DNA of 64,000 bases from the NCBI GenBank assembly GCA_951406725.2, contig OX597814.1, positions 176,948,001 to 177,012,000 on the forward strand, read 5' to 3'. A program made the position numbers and the translations under genes. Positions within the stretch are counted from its first letter, which is position 1, and each line of letters begins with the position of its first letter. The notes beneath the pieces are model-generated. The model was not told the DNA's origin and did not search any database. It worked only from the letters and a program-made list of their open reading frames with translations. This DNA is from Octopus vulgaris. Its lineage: Eukaryota. Positions 23,621 through 36,550 of this stretch are shown here, in pieces.

Positions 23621-24694
23621 AGTATATCTGTTTCTATCCTCATGCAATATTAGCAAATCTCTTACTTTCAACTTTCCTCCTTGTTACATACACCTGATGT
23701 TTAGCTTCTCTCCTAGATATTGTTCTTTGCTTTCTGCTTTCTTGCAGTCTTTCCAACTCTGTCTTTCAGCTTTCAGAAATACTTCTTAGAATTCTGTTTG
23801 ATGTATATTTGGTTTGTCTATTATTATGGGGACATTTGTTGCTGCATCAAAGCTGAGGGTTTCTGGCAATCATTGCTCAACATCCATATCTGTATTATTG
23901 AGCATATGTTATTATTTTCTGTGAAGACTTCTAAACACCTCTCTATTACAAACTGCACTCTTTTAGACTCAAGTCTTGAATTTTCTCGTGCCACATATCA
24001 GGTAGTAATGTTTATTAGCTCCATTCCAAAAGAAAGAAAAAAAGAACAAAACAAAAGCATTCTTCAGCTATAAATCTGTTTTCCTTATTCATTTAGAAAT
24101 ATTGGGGACTTATGTGTGAGAGGTGCTAACCAGAACATTCTTAGCCAAATACTGATTTCAGATTTTGGCACAAGGCCAGCAATTTTTTGGGGAAGGGATA
24201 GGTCAATTACATCAACCCCAGTGTTCAGTTGGTACTCATTTTATCAATCCTGAAAGGATGAATAGCAAAGTTGACCCTTGCTGCATTTGAATGCAGAATG
24301 TCACTTATATGGTAGACCAGTTACCTCCAAATTTCTATATGTACTTGCAAAATGTATATTCTTTCTTATGTAATGTCTACATTAAACGAGGGTCACTCAA
24401 AGTGGTTGCTTGACTTGCTAAAAACAACAGTGAAGTTTCCTTCAGATAAGCAATGTGTGACAAGGAGAGAAGAAAACAGAATTTACGTAGATGTTTATTG
24501 TTCTGTGTTCTAATCTAACTACTTTTGAGTCTTTTGCTGTCTTCAGTGAACTGAGAACCACAAAATTAAGTGTATTGAGAACACAGCATCTGTAGTGATG
24601 TTGATTATGGTAATAAATCATTATAATAATAATTTCTGGCTCAAGTCGCTGCACTGTGGTATTGAACCAGGAACTGTGTGATTGCAAATTTTTC

Positions 24695-24958
24695 GATTGG
24701 CTTCCGTGCCGGTGGCACATAAAAAGCGCCAAGTGACCGTGGCCATTGCCAGCCTCGCCTGGCACCTGTGCCGGTAGCACGTAAAAAGCACCCACTACAC
24801 TCATGGAGTGGTTGGCATTAGGAAGGGCATCCAGCTGTAGAAACACTGCCAGATCAGACTGGAGCCTGGTGCAGCCTCCTGGCTTCCCAGACCCCAGTTG
24901 AACCGTCCAACCCATGCTAGCATGGAAAGCGGACGTTAAACAATGATGATGATGATGA
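24695..24958 (+). mobile_element. Solo RTE 3' UTR copy
   Basis: Family core and (GAT)n tail. Confidence 0.8.
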
Positions 24959-25805
24959 ATGTGGCTGATACCAGAGGCATGTAAAAAGCACCTTTTGAGC
25001 ATTGGGCCTCATGGAGGCAACGATAAATGACCTTTGGCATTATGGTGTGCTTGAGAAGACCCATCAGGTCTAGTGAAATCATAGTTGTAGCAAATACTGG
25101 TGTCATTCAACTGGTACCCATGCTGGTGGCCCATAAAAGCACCCCTTACACTCTTGGAGTGATTGGCATTAGGAAGAGCATTTAGCCGTAGAAACCATGC
25201 CAAATCAGGCCCATCTGACCCATCTATGCAAGTATGGAAAAGGGGACATTTTCCATACTGGCATGGGTTAAATGGTTTGAGGCAGTATTTTATGGCTGGA
25301 TGTCCTACCCATTGCCAATCCATTTAGACCCATATTACATACTGTACATTGGGATGCACATGGTTTGTCTCAGTTCTAGAATCCCTATGTAACCAAAAAC
25401 CAAAGTCTGGTGTAGCTCCTCAGCTTGCCAGCCCTGGTCAAACTGTCCAACCCATGCCCGCATGAACAACGGATGTTAAATGATGATGATGATGAGGATA
25501 AGGGCCATGCCTGCTCCCATAATTTTACAAGGTTCAACCTACCTAGATGTCTGGACTAGTTTACCAGATCTTCTGGAAGCACCTGTCTGAGAACATCAGT
25601 AGACTGATGCTTCATCCATAAAGATTTTTGTCTTCCATCTCTCACCTGCTGAACTCCCACAAAACCAGAGCTAGCACTATCAAACCCTGAGAAGTTAGTT
25701 CTTTATGGAATCTGGTACATCATTAAAGCTGATGCTATGAATACTACTAGAAGCATACCATCTTAAGGAGACCATGATATAACTAAACTGAAAAAAGAAA
25801 GAACT

Positions 25806-25851
<46 letters not shown>

Positions 25852-27477
25852 CTGAGTTTCATACTTTGACCTCATTATCTTCATCGACCTTTAACTTTCA
25901 TTGTTGCCAGCTTAAAATTTCCTGTTATTCCAGTCAAGAGTTTATTGATGGCTGCACTGGCTGTCCTAATTTTTCTGTATATATCTCTCTCTTCTGGGGG
26001 TTTTTTTTTCCACATTCATTAATTATTTCAGTCTAGGTGGTTGTTTTTTAGCGATTATTTTAATTCTTTGTTTTTCTCATGTTTTTATATTTGATTTATG
26101 TCTGTTTTGTTTTGGCACTGTGACATGAAATGGGTCTGTTCCTCTTTTCCTGCTAAGTAGACACAGACAAGAAAATGTTATTTAAATAGATAAACAGACA
26201 GCTGAACAGCCAGATAGAAATGTAGATAGATTGCTAAATTGACACATACATACGTAGGCAGATTATTACATAGATAAATTGATACTTATAGACACACACA
26301 TACACACACACACACTCTCTCTCTCTCTCTCATACATACATTCATCCACTCATATACACACGTACACACCATCACTACCAATACCACCTCCATCATCCAG
26401 CCATGCATCATCATCATCATCATCGTCATCATTATCATCATCATCGTCATCATCGTCGTCATCATCCTCATCATCTATACTGACAATATGGCTAGACTAT
26501 TAAAGTATTTGACTATGTCTCTCACTCATAGATCCGGGAATTACTGTGCTTTGCCAAAGTTCCGTCTGCTATAGTCATTGTCATTAAAAGACAGATTGCA
26601 AAATATCCACACAGCTGTCAATAATGAACTGAGGCAACAACTGTTTGTCACAAACCGAATTAGGTTATCAACCAGATTAATATTCCTCTGGTGGCAACTT
26701 GTTTGTAATTCTCTTTGTCCCTAGCAGTGAGCACTTTATCAGTCCTGGTGAGGAAATGCCAAGGCTGCATATTAGCATTTGCAGAGGAGAGAAAAAAATC
26801 AATACCATCAACATATTGTCATCGACACTGTAAGCTTGGGTACACTTAGCATGACTGCAGGAATAACATCTGTAGGACCTGTGATAGATACAACACGTCC
26901 CATCATCATCATCGTTGTTTGACATCTACTTTTCCATGCCCGCATGGGTCAGATGGGATTTGCTGAGGCAGATTTTTCTATGGCCAGATGCCTTTCCTGT
27001 CATCAACCTTCACTTGTTTCTAAGGTAAGGTAGTATTTTTCTCATAACCAGACATGTCTTGGAAGATTGGAAACTAAGGACACTACTTGCATAGTGATGA
27101 CACTTGTTTAACAACAATCATGATGTCACACAAACATACACATGCACACACACGTACACACACACTCCTATATACATATTAACTTACACACACACATACC
27201 TATGTATGATAGACTTCTTTCAGTTTCTATTCACCAGATCACTTCACAAGGATTTGGTTGGCCTGGGGCTATATCAGAAGATGCTTATCCAAGATGCCAT
27301 ACCAAAGAAAAAACAGAAAGCTTCTGCTGTCAATATGTGTAGGCTACCAGAATTTTGGGAGGCACATAGCTTAGTGGTTTGGGTGTTGAACTCACGATTC
27401 TAAGATTGTGATTTCGATTCCTGGACTGGGAAATGCATTGTGTCCTTGAGCAAAAGACTTCACTTCATGTTGCTTCA

Positions 27478-27642
27478 GGCACAGGAGTGGCTGTGTGGTA
27501 AGTAGCTTGCTAACCAACCACATGGTTCCGAGTTCAGTCCCACTGCGTAGCATGTTGGGCAAGTGTCTTCTGCTATAGCCCCGGGCTGACCAATGCCTTG
27601 TGAGTGGATTTGGTAGACGGAAACTGAAAGAAGCCTGTCGTA

Positions 27643-27701
<59 letters not shown>

Positions 27702-27900
27702 TTGTGTTTGTCCCCCTAGCATTGCTTGACAACCGATGCTGGTGTGTGTACATCCCCGTCACTTAGCGGTTCAGCAAAAGAGACTGATAGAATAAGTACT
27801 GGGCTTACAAAGAATAAGTCCCGGGGTCGATTTGCTCGACTAATGGCGGTGCTCCAGCATGGCCGCAGTCAAATGACTGAAACAAGTAAAAGAGTAAAGC
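27478..27900 (+). mobile_element. CORE-like tRNA SINE copy
   Basis: Full family sequence with an internal (TA)n. Confidence 0.85.
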
Positions 27901-29782
27901 GAGTCTGCTTAGCTGGTAAAAATGAGTAATCCTGCAGCATACTGGCATTGTGTCCAGGGTAGAATATATACACCAGGGAAACTGGCCCTATGCTCTTTAT
28001 GGAGTAATGTGGACTGACTGACCAGCATTTGGCATTTGCTCTTGCCACATAGTTTTAGGTTCAGTTTTGGTATGTGGCACCTTGGGCACGTTGAAGCCTT
28101 ATGAATGAATTTGGATGATGGAAACTGAATGAAACCTGTTGTGTGAGTTTGTGCCTCTTTGTCTTGACATAATGTGATAGTTATAAATGAATGACACCAA
28201 CATATAAGTGGTGCTGTTAGTTTCCAATCATCCATGTAAGCATGCTTGGTCTTGAAGAAATATTAATTTGTTTGGAAACAAATGCAGATTGGTGACAATC
28301 ATAGAAAATCTGCTTCAGCAAATTCCATCTGAGCCATCTATGCAAGTCTGGAAAAGGGGACATTTTCCATGCTGGCATGGGTGGAATGGTTTGTTTGAGG
28401 CAGTATTTTATGGCTGGATATCCTACCCATTTCTAACCCATTTACCCCCCATATTACATACCGTACATTGGGATGCGGTATACCTATTCTATAACTGGGA
28501 TGCACATGGTTTGTCTTGGTTCTAGAATCCCTATGTAACCAAAACCCAAAGATATTACCTACATTATTGCCAAGTGTGAGAGACTGTGAGACTGTCCTAC
28601 TGTCCTCTAAACACTACCCTTTGAAGCAATCTGTAATTGAGGAAGAAAGAAAAAAAAATAATAAAAATATAATGTACAATTAATAAAAAAAATATTGGTG
28701 GAATCTAAAAAAAAACAACAAAAAACAGTAACCAAATTAAAATACCAGATGGCAACAAGCTGCTCTCCCTGTTAGATTAAAAGCCTTGAAAGTCTTCAAT
28801 CTCCTGATATCATGCCCTCAACAAGGGTCTCCACAAACCTACAAAACCTACTGTGATCATCATCATCATTTAACATCTGTGTTCCATGCTAGTATGGATA
28901 CAAACTTGTTTATGTAGCCTGGACAAGACCCAGCCACAATCCTACAGATATAATCTATCAGTTCAGCATAAATTGGATACCATTGAGTGGTGTGAAGTCT
29001 TGGAAGTGCTGTGAAGCTTTGTTAATTTACTTGGACAACATCAACAGGCATCCACCTTACCATGGTTACCAACCACACCCTGAAATATGACTGGTACTCA
29101 GCTGGATATTGACTTTCTCTGAAGTATTGTTTCTCTCAGGTTTGGTCTTTGGATCTGTGAATGACACTATGCCATTGCTGGTATGTTGTTGGAAAATACT
29201 TGTCCTGTTACCTAGCACTGGCTGTTTTCTTCAAATGCTCCCCTCAGTGATATAAAATGTGATTTGGGTAGAGCTAGTTTTCTGTCACAACTAGAGTTGG
29301 TGGAGTTAGGCCTCAGGAATAGTGAAAAGAACAATGTGATAATCTTCCCATTCTGAAGTAGCAAGTCACTCAGCTGAGATACAAACTGCTGCAATACTTT
29401 CTCTAGCAGAAAACTGGTGAAAGTGGTTCAGACCCATCATGCTCAGATTGGTGCTCTTAGCACACATGAAGCAGAAGACATCTATGGACCATTGATGAGG
29501 GGTCTGCAAATCCAGCACCAAAAATATACTTTCACTTTTATACTCATTATTGAAGCAGTGAAGCAAGAGGATTATGTATCAATACACTTTTCTTTCTTTG
29601 GAGAGAGGATGTAGTTCATAATTTATATGCTACAGATGATCATAATATCTGGGACAATAAAAACCTGTAAGACCTTAAGATTTAGGGAATATACTATTGT
29701 ACAAAGGGCGATGAAGAGAACAAAACCTTCACCTTTATTAAAAGAAAAAAACGAATTCCTTATATGCTTGCCATTAAGCAGG

Positions 29783-30145
29783 TCATCATCATCATTGTTT
29801 AATGTCCGTTTTCCATGCTAGCATGGGTTGGACGGTTCAACTGGGGTCCGGGAAGCCAGGAGGCTGCACCAGGCTCCAGTCTGATCTGGCAGTGTTTCTA
29901 CATCTGGATGCCCTTCCTAATGCCAACCACTCCATGAGTGTAGTGGGTGCTTTTTATGTGCCACGGCAGGCTGGCAATGGCCACAATCAGTTGGTGCTTT
30001 TTACTTTCCACCGGCACGAAAGCTAGTCAAGGCGGCGCTGGCATTGGCCACGTTTGGATGGTGCTTTTTACGTGTCACCGGCACAGGTATCACAACTACA
30101 ATTTCCATTTGATTTTTTGATGCTGATGTACTTGACTCACTCCTC
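29783..30145 (-). mobile_element. Solo RTE 3' UTR copy
   Basis: (CAT)n tail and family core. Confidence 0.8.
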
Positions 30146-30679
30146 AAGCACAGGTGACTTGTTAAAATATATTCTAAAAGAGGCAATCAGGAAGAGAAAA
30201 CGTACATGTATGCATACATTTAGACAGAAATAGATTGACTCACATATACATGTATGGATAGAATTATAGATAAATCACTTGACTGATAGATAATTACTTG
30301 CAGAAATGTATAAATGAGTACATCTGATGGTTTCAACCTGTAAAATCTATTCACACTGCCATTGTAACTCTAACATATTGAGTGAAGGCAGCCATATCTA
30401 ACTGGGAGGGTGGCTTGTTGCCTGCCATCATGTATTTTAATTTGTTTACTGTTTGTATCTTTAGTTTCCGCCAATATCATTATTGAAATAATTCATCCAT
30501 TCAACTGCTGTTTGAAATCCTGACTTGCCAACAATTTTTTTTTTATTAAAAATCACTTGACTGTCATAACCAAATATATCCTTCTAGCTATAATTTAGTA
30601 GCATCAGAATGCAAAGCTCACAACAGGTGGCTGGTAGCCTGAAGTACTATGTAACTATTAAGTTATATATATATATTTT

Positions 30680-31032
30680 AATCAAATGGAAATTCTAGTT
30701 GTGATACCTGTGCCGGTGGTACGTAAAAAGCACCATCTGAACGTGGCTGATGCCAGTGCTGCCTTGACTGGCTTCTGTGCCGGTGGCACGTAAAAAGCAT
30801 CAGCTGATTGTGGCCGTTGCCAGCCTCCCCTGGCACCTGTGCCAGTGGAATGTAAAAGGCACCCACTACACTTACGGAGTGGTTGGCATTAGGAAGGGCA
30901 TCCAGCTGTAAAAACACTGCCAGATCAGTCTGGAGCCTGGTGCAGCCTCCTGGCTTCCCAGACCCCGGTCGAACCGTCCAGCCCATGCTAGCATGGAAAA
31001 CGGACATTAAACGATGTTGATGAAGATGATGA
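30680..31032 (+). mobile_element. Solo RTE 3' UTR copy
   Basis: Family core and degenerate (GAT)n tail; inverted relative to 29783-30145. Confidence 0.8.
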
Positions 31033-31589
31033 TATACATCTAATCGTATATCTAAGACATACACCTAGTAGTATACTTACGGCTACTTGATGTCATCCAC
31101 AGAATTGATGTAAATGTCAGTGGATCTACTTCAGGAATTCCTCAGTGTCTGTCAAGTATATAACAAATGAGAGAAGCAGCAAATGGAACTCAAAAGATTC
31201 TTTATTAATCACAATGATCGTATCACCCCATCTTGCATTGGTCCTATGTATGTGAGGTACTGTACAAGTGCTTGTGGTGCAAAAGGTATCTCGCTGAATA
31301 GATGTGGTTTTGCTTGGTTCTTTTATAATGCTTGTCACTATTTGCCTGTAGCTAGTAACAACATGCATTATAATAGAACCAAGCAAAACCAAGTTTATTG
31401 AGCAAGGTACCTTTTGAAAATTCACCTGACGAGATACATCTGCACTGCAGGATGCACTACAACCACTTGTACATTACCTCATCTGTGAGAGATTGATACA
31501 AGATGGGCTGAAATGATCGTTGTTTTCAATAAATAATCTCATGAATTTCATTTTGTTTCTTTCATTTGTTTTGTGTGTGTATATATATA

Positions 31590-31860
31590 TTTCGTTTTTG
31601 GATTTGGTTTGCAAGATTCTTTATATGAGTTTGTGTGTTGAAGTATATTCTATTGTGTCTAGGGAGAGTCGTTTTCTTTTTGTGCCTTATTATGTAACAC
31701 ACTCACTTGTAAAATTTCCACGTTTTTCTTATTTTTTATTGTCCTAAAATTTTCGTTGTGTCTTGCAACCTTTTCAATAGTTTTGACATGGAAATTTTGC
31801 CGGTGAGTGTGTTACATAATAAGGCACAAAAAGAAAATGATTCTCCCCAGACACAATATA
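31590..31860 (-). mobile_element. Short fold-back Penelope-type element, hammerhead family C
   Basis: ~70 bp inverted arms (~31651-31721 / ~31788-31858) enclosing a minimal hammerhead; (TA)n on both flanks. Confidence 0.7.
31740..31788 (-). ncRNA. Minimal type I hammerhead-like motif with a U3-A8 core pair
   Basis: Minus strand reads tgtc-aaaa-cta-TTGAAAA-g-gttg-caagaca-caac-GAA-AATT-T-tag-gaca. Confidence 0.62.
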
Positions 31861-31877
31861 TATATATATATACACAC

Positions 31878-32273
31878 TCTTTTACTCTTTTACTTGTTTC
31901 AGTCATTTGACTGCAGCCATGCTGGAGCACCGCCTTTAATCTAGGAAATTGACCCCAGGACTTATTCTTTGTAAGCCTAATACATATTCTCTTGGGCTCT
32001 TTTGCCGAACTGCTAAGTTACGGGGATGTAAACACACCAGCATCGGTTGTTAAGTGATGTTGGGGGGTGGGTGCAGGCAAACACAGACACACAAACACAC
32101 ACACATATACATATATATGACGGGCTTTTTTAGTTTCCGTCTACCAAATCCACTCACAAGGCTTTGATCGGCCCGAGGCCATAGTAGAAGATACTTGCCC
32201 AAGGTGCCATGCAGTGGAACTGAACCCTGAACCATGTGGTTGGTAGGCAAGCTGCTTACCACACAACCACTCT
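31878..32273 (-). mobile_element. CORE-like tRNA SINE copy
   Basis: Reverse complement of the family. Confidence 0.85.
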
Positions 32274-32427
32274 TTTAAATTTGTTTATGGGAAATGTTTT
32301 GAATATGCAAATAAAGCTCCTATTCTATTATGCCAGCCACAGTCTAATGATGCTGACTGGTGAACCAGTTTTTTGGGGTTGCATCGAGCTGTACTGATTT
32401 AATGTAGGACATATATATGTATATATA

Positions 32428-32830
32428 GGCGCAGGAGTGGCTGTGTGGTAAGTAGCTTGCTTACCAACCACATGGTTTCGGGTTCACTCCCACTGCGTGG
32501 CACCTTGGGCAAGTGTCTTCTACTATAGCCTCAGGCTGACCAAAGCCTTGTGAGTGGATTTGGTTGATGGAAACTGAAAGAAGCTCATCGTATATATGTA
32601 TATATATGTATGTGTGTATGTTTGTATGTCTGTGTTTTGTCCTCCCAACATCACTTGACAACCGATGCTGGTGTGCTTGCGTCCCCGTAACTTAGCGGTT
32701 CGGCAAAAGAGACCGATAGAGTAAGTACTAGGCTTACAAAGAATAAGACCTGGGGTCAATTTGCTTGACTAAAGGCGGTGCTCCAGCATGGCTGCAGTCA
32801 AATGACTGAAACAAGAAAAAGAAAAGAAAA
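32428..32830 (+). mobile_element. CORE-like tRNA SINE copy
   Basis: Full family sequence. Confidence 0.85.
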
Positions 32831-33163
32831 AGAATATATATATAAAGTTATATGTCACATCACAGTACTGGACTTGTTTCCTCTGAAGAAATTTGAGAAA
32901 GCACCGACAGATCATTCCACTGTATCTTTTCTTTCCTTTCCTTTCCTCCTCCCTCACACATACACCAAAGTAACTGGTTGAAGACTTTGTCTTAGATTTG
33001 TCTCCTAGCAATATAAGAAGATTATGGGAAACTACTTCACATTTCAAATGCTTGTGTTAAAGTTCTGCCGTTTTGATCTTCGATATTCTGGCAGATCATT
33101 AGTGTTAGACAGTTTTCATCTGATTCTATTTTAGTGGATACTGTATTAAAAATAAAACGGTAA

Positions 33164-33206
<43 letters not shown>

Positions 33207-34096
33207 ATTAATAATCAAAAATAAATGATAAATAAATAAAAGTTGAAATGTTACTACAAAACTCAGGTGTTGAATATTAGATATTTTAGTAATTTTTAAT
33301 GAGGAATTTAATTAAAACAAATTAGTTTATGTTATCTTAGTATTTTAGAGGAATAATCTTTCCGATACACTCATGTATATATGTGTGTATTTGTATTTCC
33401 ATGTGAGTTTAGTGTATATACATTATAAGTAATGTGTGTGCGTGGTGTGTGAAAATTTAAGTATACTCTTAAGATTTTGGTTAACACATGTATATGTGCA
33501 TTGATTTAAGTATATGTATGACCTTGCTTAAGATGTGTGTGTACATATATGTATTTCAGTGTGCGTTTGAAAGAAATTAAAAAATTTTGTTTGATATATT
33601 TGTGTGTATTTGAACTTCAGTTTTTGTTATAGTGTTTCTCTTTAATCTTCAGCCAATTAACTTGTTTAAGAGATTTCTATTTGAATTAACGGCCTGCCTC
33701 CCCCCTCCATTTCCTCTCGACCAAAACAACAACAATAATCGTTGATTTTTTGTTTACTTAGAGATGTCTTGTTTGTTGTTTTCAATAATGATGGTGTTTT
33801 ATGAAAAAAAAAAAAAGAAAAAGAAAAGAAAGAGATAATTAAAATTTATTTTCTGATTTCTGTACGAAAATATTGAGTACTGCGAATTGATCTTATTATA
33901 ATTTATAGCAGTGGAGAGCATTGCTGAATGAGTGTGTGTGTGTGTGTGTAATGGTTGATTTGAAGGAGTATGTGTGTGGAACTGCCTGAGTGAAGGAGGA
34001 AGAGTCCGGTTATTTGAGTGAGGCTGTATGCAAGATGGAATGTGTGTGCCTATGTAGTTGAGGATTTGTTTACGTGATTGAGTAGAAGAAGAGTTT

Positions 34097-34136
<40 letters not shown>

Positions 34137-34959
34137 GTGTAGTTGGTTAAGTGAAAGTGTGTGAGAGAGGGATTGTTTGTGCCTGTGTGACTGAGTGCAT
34201 GTTTGTGTGTGTGTGTAACCATGATGGCTGGAGTGTATGTTTGGCTCAATAGCGAAAAGTGTCAGTGAATGATAAGTAAGGGATAATGGAAGAGACACAG
34301 TGTGGCTGAGTAAGGAAGAAGTTAAGTTGACTGAATTAAAAATATTTCAAATTTCTTTTTATCGTAAGCAATGTAGTAGTTCTTATTTATCCATATGCTA
34401 ACAAGTAAACCTGTCACAAAAGTTGTTCTAGACATATTTACCTCATGATTTTGCAAGCTTATCTCAGACTACATTATTCAATATATCATTCTTGTTTTGA
34501 GGATGACCATTGGAGTGTGATTTGATAGAGAAACATGGCTGCTCTTTCTAGAATCTTCCTCATTGGTTAAGCACTAAGAGGAGATGGTTGAATCAGTTGA
34601 CATCTCTCACTCACCAATATTTTAAAAGGAAAACTATTTTTGCTTTACACGTTTAACTGCAGCTATTTCTTGGATTGTGGCCATCCTCCTCCTAAAAAAC
34701 CCCAAAGTGCTCAAACCATGAAGCTTGACACCCTTATCATAATGTGTTAATCAACTATTATAATTTTATAATATTAAGACTCAGAGTAACTGATATTTGA
34801 GCCCATGAAGGATTTCTTGTGTCTGTAATTTTACTCTTATTGCTCTTTTCAAAGTGAACCCCCATTTGTTGTCGATAATTTCTCTTGTCAACACTTAACA
34901 AATTCACACCCAGAATGATAAGTAATTGGGATCCTGCCTCAGCACCTCTCCAGGTTAAA

Positions 34960-35340
34960 TTTGTGGGACCCATAGCAAAGTCTAGTGGGTCAGAAACTCT
35001 GGTTTCTCTAATGGCCACCATATCTGTGTCTAGTGACTTGAGGTCATTGAGCAGCTGACTCTGCTTTGATGGTGATGCCAAGCGACATGCATTTACACCG
35101 CTTGTTCTGAGTAAAGCCATATTTGACAAAAGTGGGCAGGGAGATGGGTATGTTGCCACTCTGGTTTGATGTGGGTGTCTCCATGAGCAGTTCTTTGTAA
35201 AATCTTTTATTGATATTCCTCCTGAAATCTCCATCTCTGTTAGAATGTTTTTTTATGGCATTGTATATGCTACATGTTGTGTTGTTGATTTTTATGAGCT
35301 GGTATGCTATTTGCTGGTCATTTTTCCCTGCTGTTTGTCT
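34960..35340 (-). mobile_element. L1/Tx1-like LINE fragment (APE endonuclease N-terminus)
   Basis: MALLRTSGVNACRLASPSKQSQLLNDLKSLDTDMVAIRETR resembles the S.NV.GL...K...L......DI..LQET start of L1/Tx1 ORF2. Confidence 0.55.
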
Positions 35341-35747
35341 TAGATGTTGAAGGACTGTGATAGCAAGGTTTAAAAAAAACAACAACATAAAATGATGACC
35401 ATAATGAAATAGATAGAGATGTATGAGTCTATGTACTTTATGGTATGGATAAGTCTGTCACTGGGTATGCCACTTTTGCTTTTATAATTCAACCAGCTTG
35501 TCCCTTTATAAAACTACAGTTTTATAAGCAAATGATTAAATTAACACCAGTATTGGATTTTTTAAATCAACCTCAGAAGGATGAAAGTTCAACATGGTAT
35601 TACTTGCTGCTCTAAGAATCAAACTAATAATAAGGAATGGCAATGGTTTCTTTTCTTCTTGGCAAGATTGGATCATGCATCATATTAACATGAAACTGGT
35701 GTGCTACCTGTGTTTCTTGTACCAACCAGCATATTGTTGTTAGCCAC

Positions 35748-35912
35748 TACACACATTTTTTTCTCTCCTTGTTTTTTCTGTGTCCCTTTCTGTAGAAGAG
35801 CGTAGGCTCGAAACATAAAAGACTTTTTCTATTCCTGAGCGTTATACTAATACATCTGTTTGTTTTGTACACCACCTGTCTTCGTCTTTTGTTTTTTTTG
35901 TAAACTCTCCCT
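35748..35912 (+). mobile_element. Short Penelope-type pLTR relic, hammerhead family D
   Basis: Minimal hammerhead followed by a T-rich tail ending at (TA)n; the tail recurs inside (TA)n at 52318-52393. Confidence 0.65.
35782..35823 (+). ncRNA. Minimal type I hammerhead-like motif (A6U, extra A after A9)
   Basis: cttt-CTGTAGA-a-gagc-gtag-gctc-GAA-ACAT-A-aaag. Confidence 0.6.
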
Positions 35913-35914
35913 AT

Positions 35915-35951
<37 letters not shown>

Positions 35952-36124
35952 AGGTAGAACAGTGGTTTACTGCAACTGGGATGCAAGATATGACATGATC
36001 AACTGTGGTTGTGTCAACTAAGCAAAGGCTTTGATGTTGTGAGATTCGAAATACCTTGAGATCCCTGGAACATCACTGATGATACATCCCGGAGCATCTT
36101 TGAGATAGATGTATCTCAGAACTA

Positions 36125-36389
36125 ATCATCATCATCATCATTTAGTGTCCGCTTTCCATGCTAGCATGGGTTGGACGGTTCAACTGGGGTCTGGGAAGCC
36201 AGAAGGCTGCACCAGGCCCAGTCTGATCTGGCAATGTTTCTACGGCTGGATGCCCTTCCTAATGCCAACCACTCTGTGAGTGTAGTGGGTGCTTTTTACG
36301 TGCCAGACGGGGCTGGCAAACGGCCATGGTCGGATGGTGCTTTTTACGTGCCACTGGCATGGGGGCCAGGCGAGGTTGGCAACGGCCAT
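36125..36389 (-). mobile_element. Solo RTE 3' UTR copy
   Basis: (CAT)n tail and family core. Confidence 0.8.
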
Positions 36390-36550
36390 TAATTTAACAG
36401 TTTTACAGAGTTTAACTTAACTGTTTTGTAGTTTAACTTTGCAGCTTTTTTTTTTCAGTCTAACTTAATAGTTTTACAGTTTAATTTAACAGTATTGTAG
36501 TTTACACTGACTCTGTTGCAATTTACTTCACTAGCATTGCAGTTTACTTT
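36390..36550. repeat. Degenerate ~20 bp minisatellite (tttaacttaacagttttaca-like)
   Basis: About 7 imperfect tandem units visible. Confidence 0.7.

Noticed and set aside
26677-26925. Minus-strand ORF with YRCYSCSHAKC, reminiscent of Ly6/three-finger proteins
   Set aside because: The remaining cysteine pattern and a signal peptide are absent, and the ORF begins inside a repeat tail.
29140-29180. Exon-like segment with a tctcag acceptor and gtatgt donor
   Set aside because: No S1P similarity, it would break the MBTPS1 frame, and it lies in what looks like decayed LINE sequence.
36030-36120. CTGATGA followed by a tacatc/gatgta stem, with CGAAA upstream
   Set aside because: No GAAA follows the stem, and helices I and III cannot be formed in any hammerhead topology.
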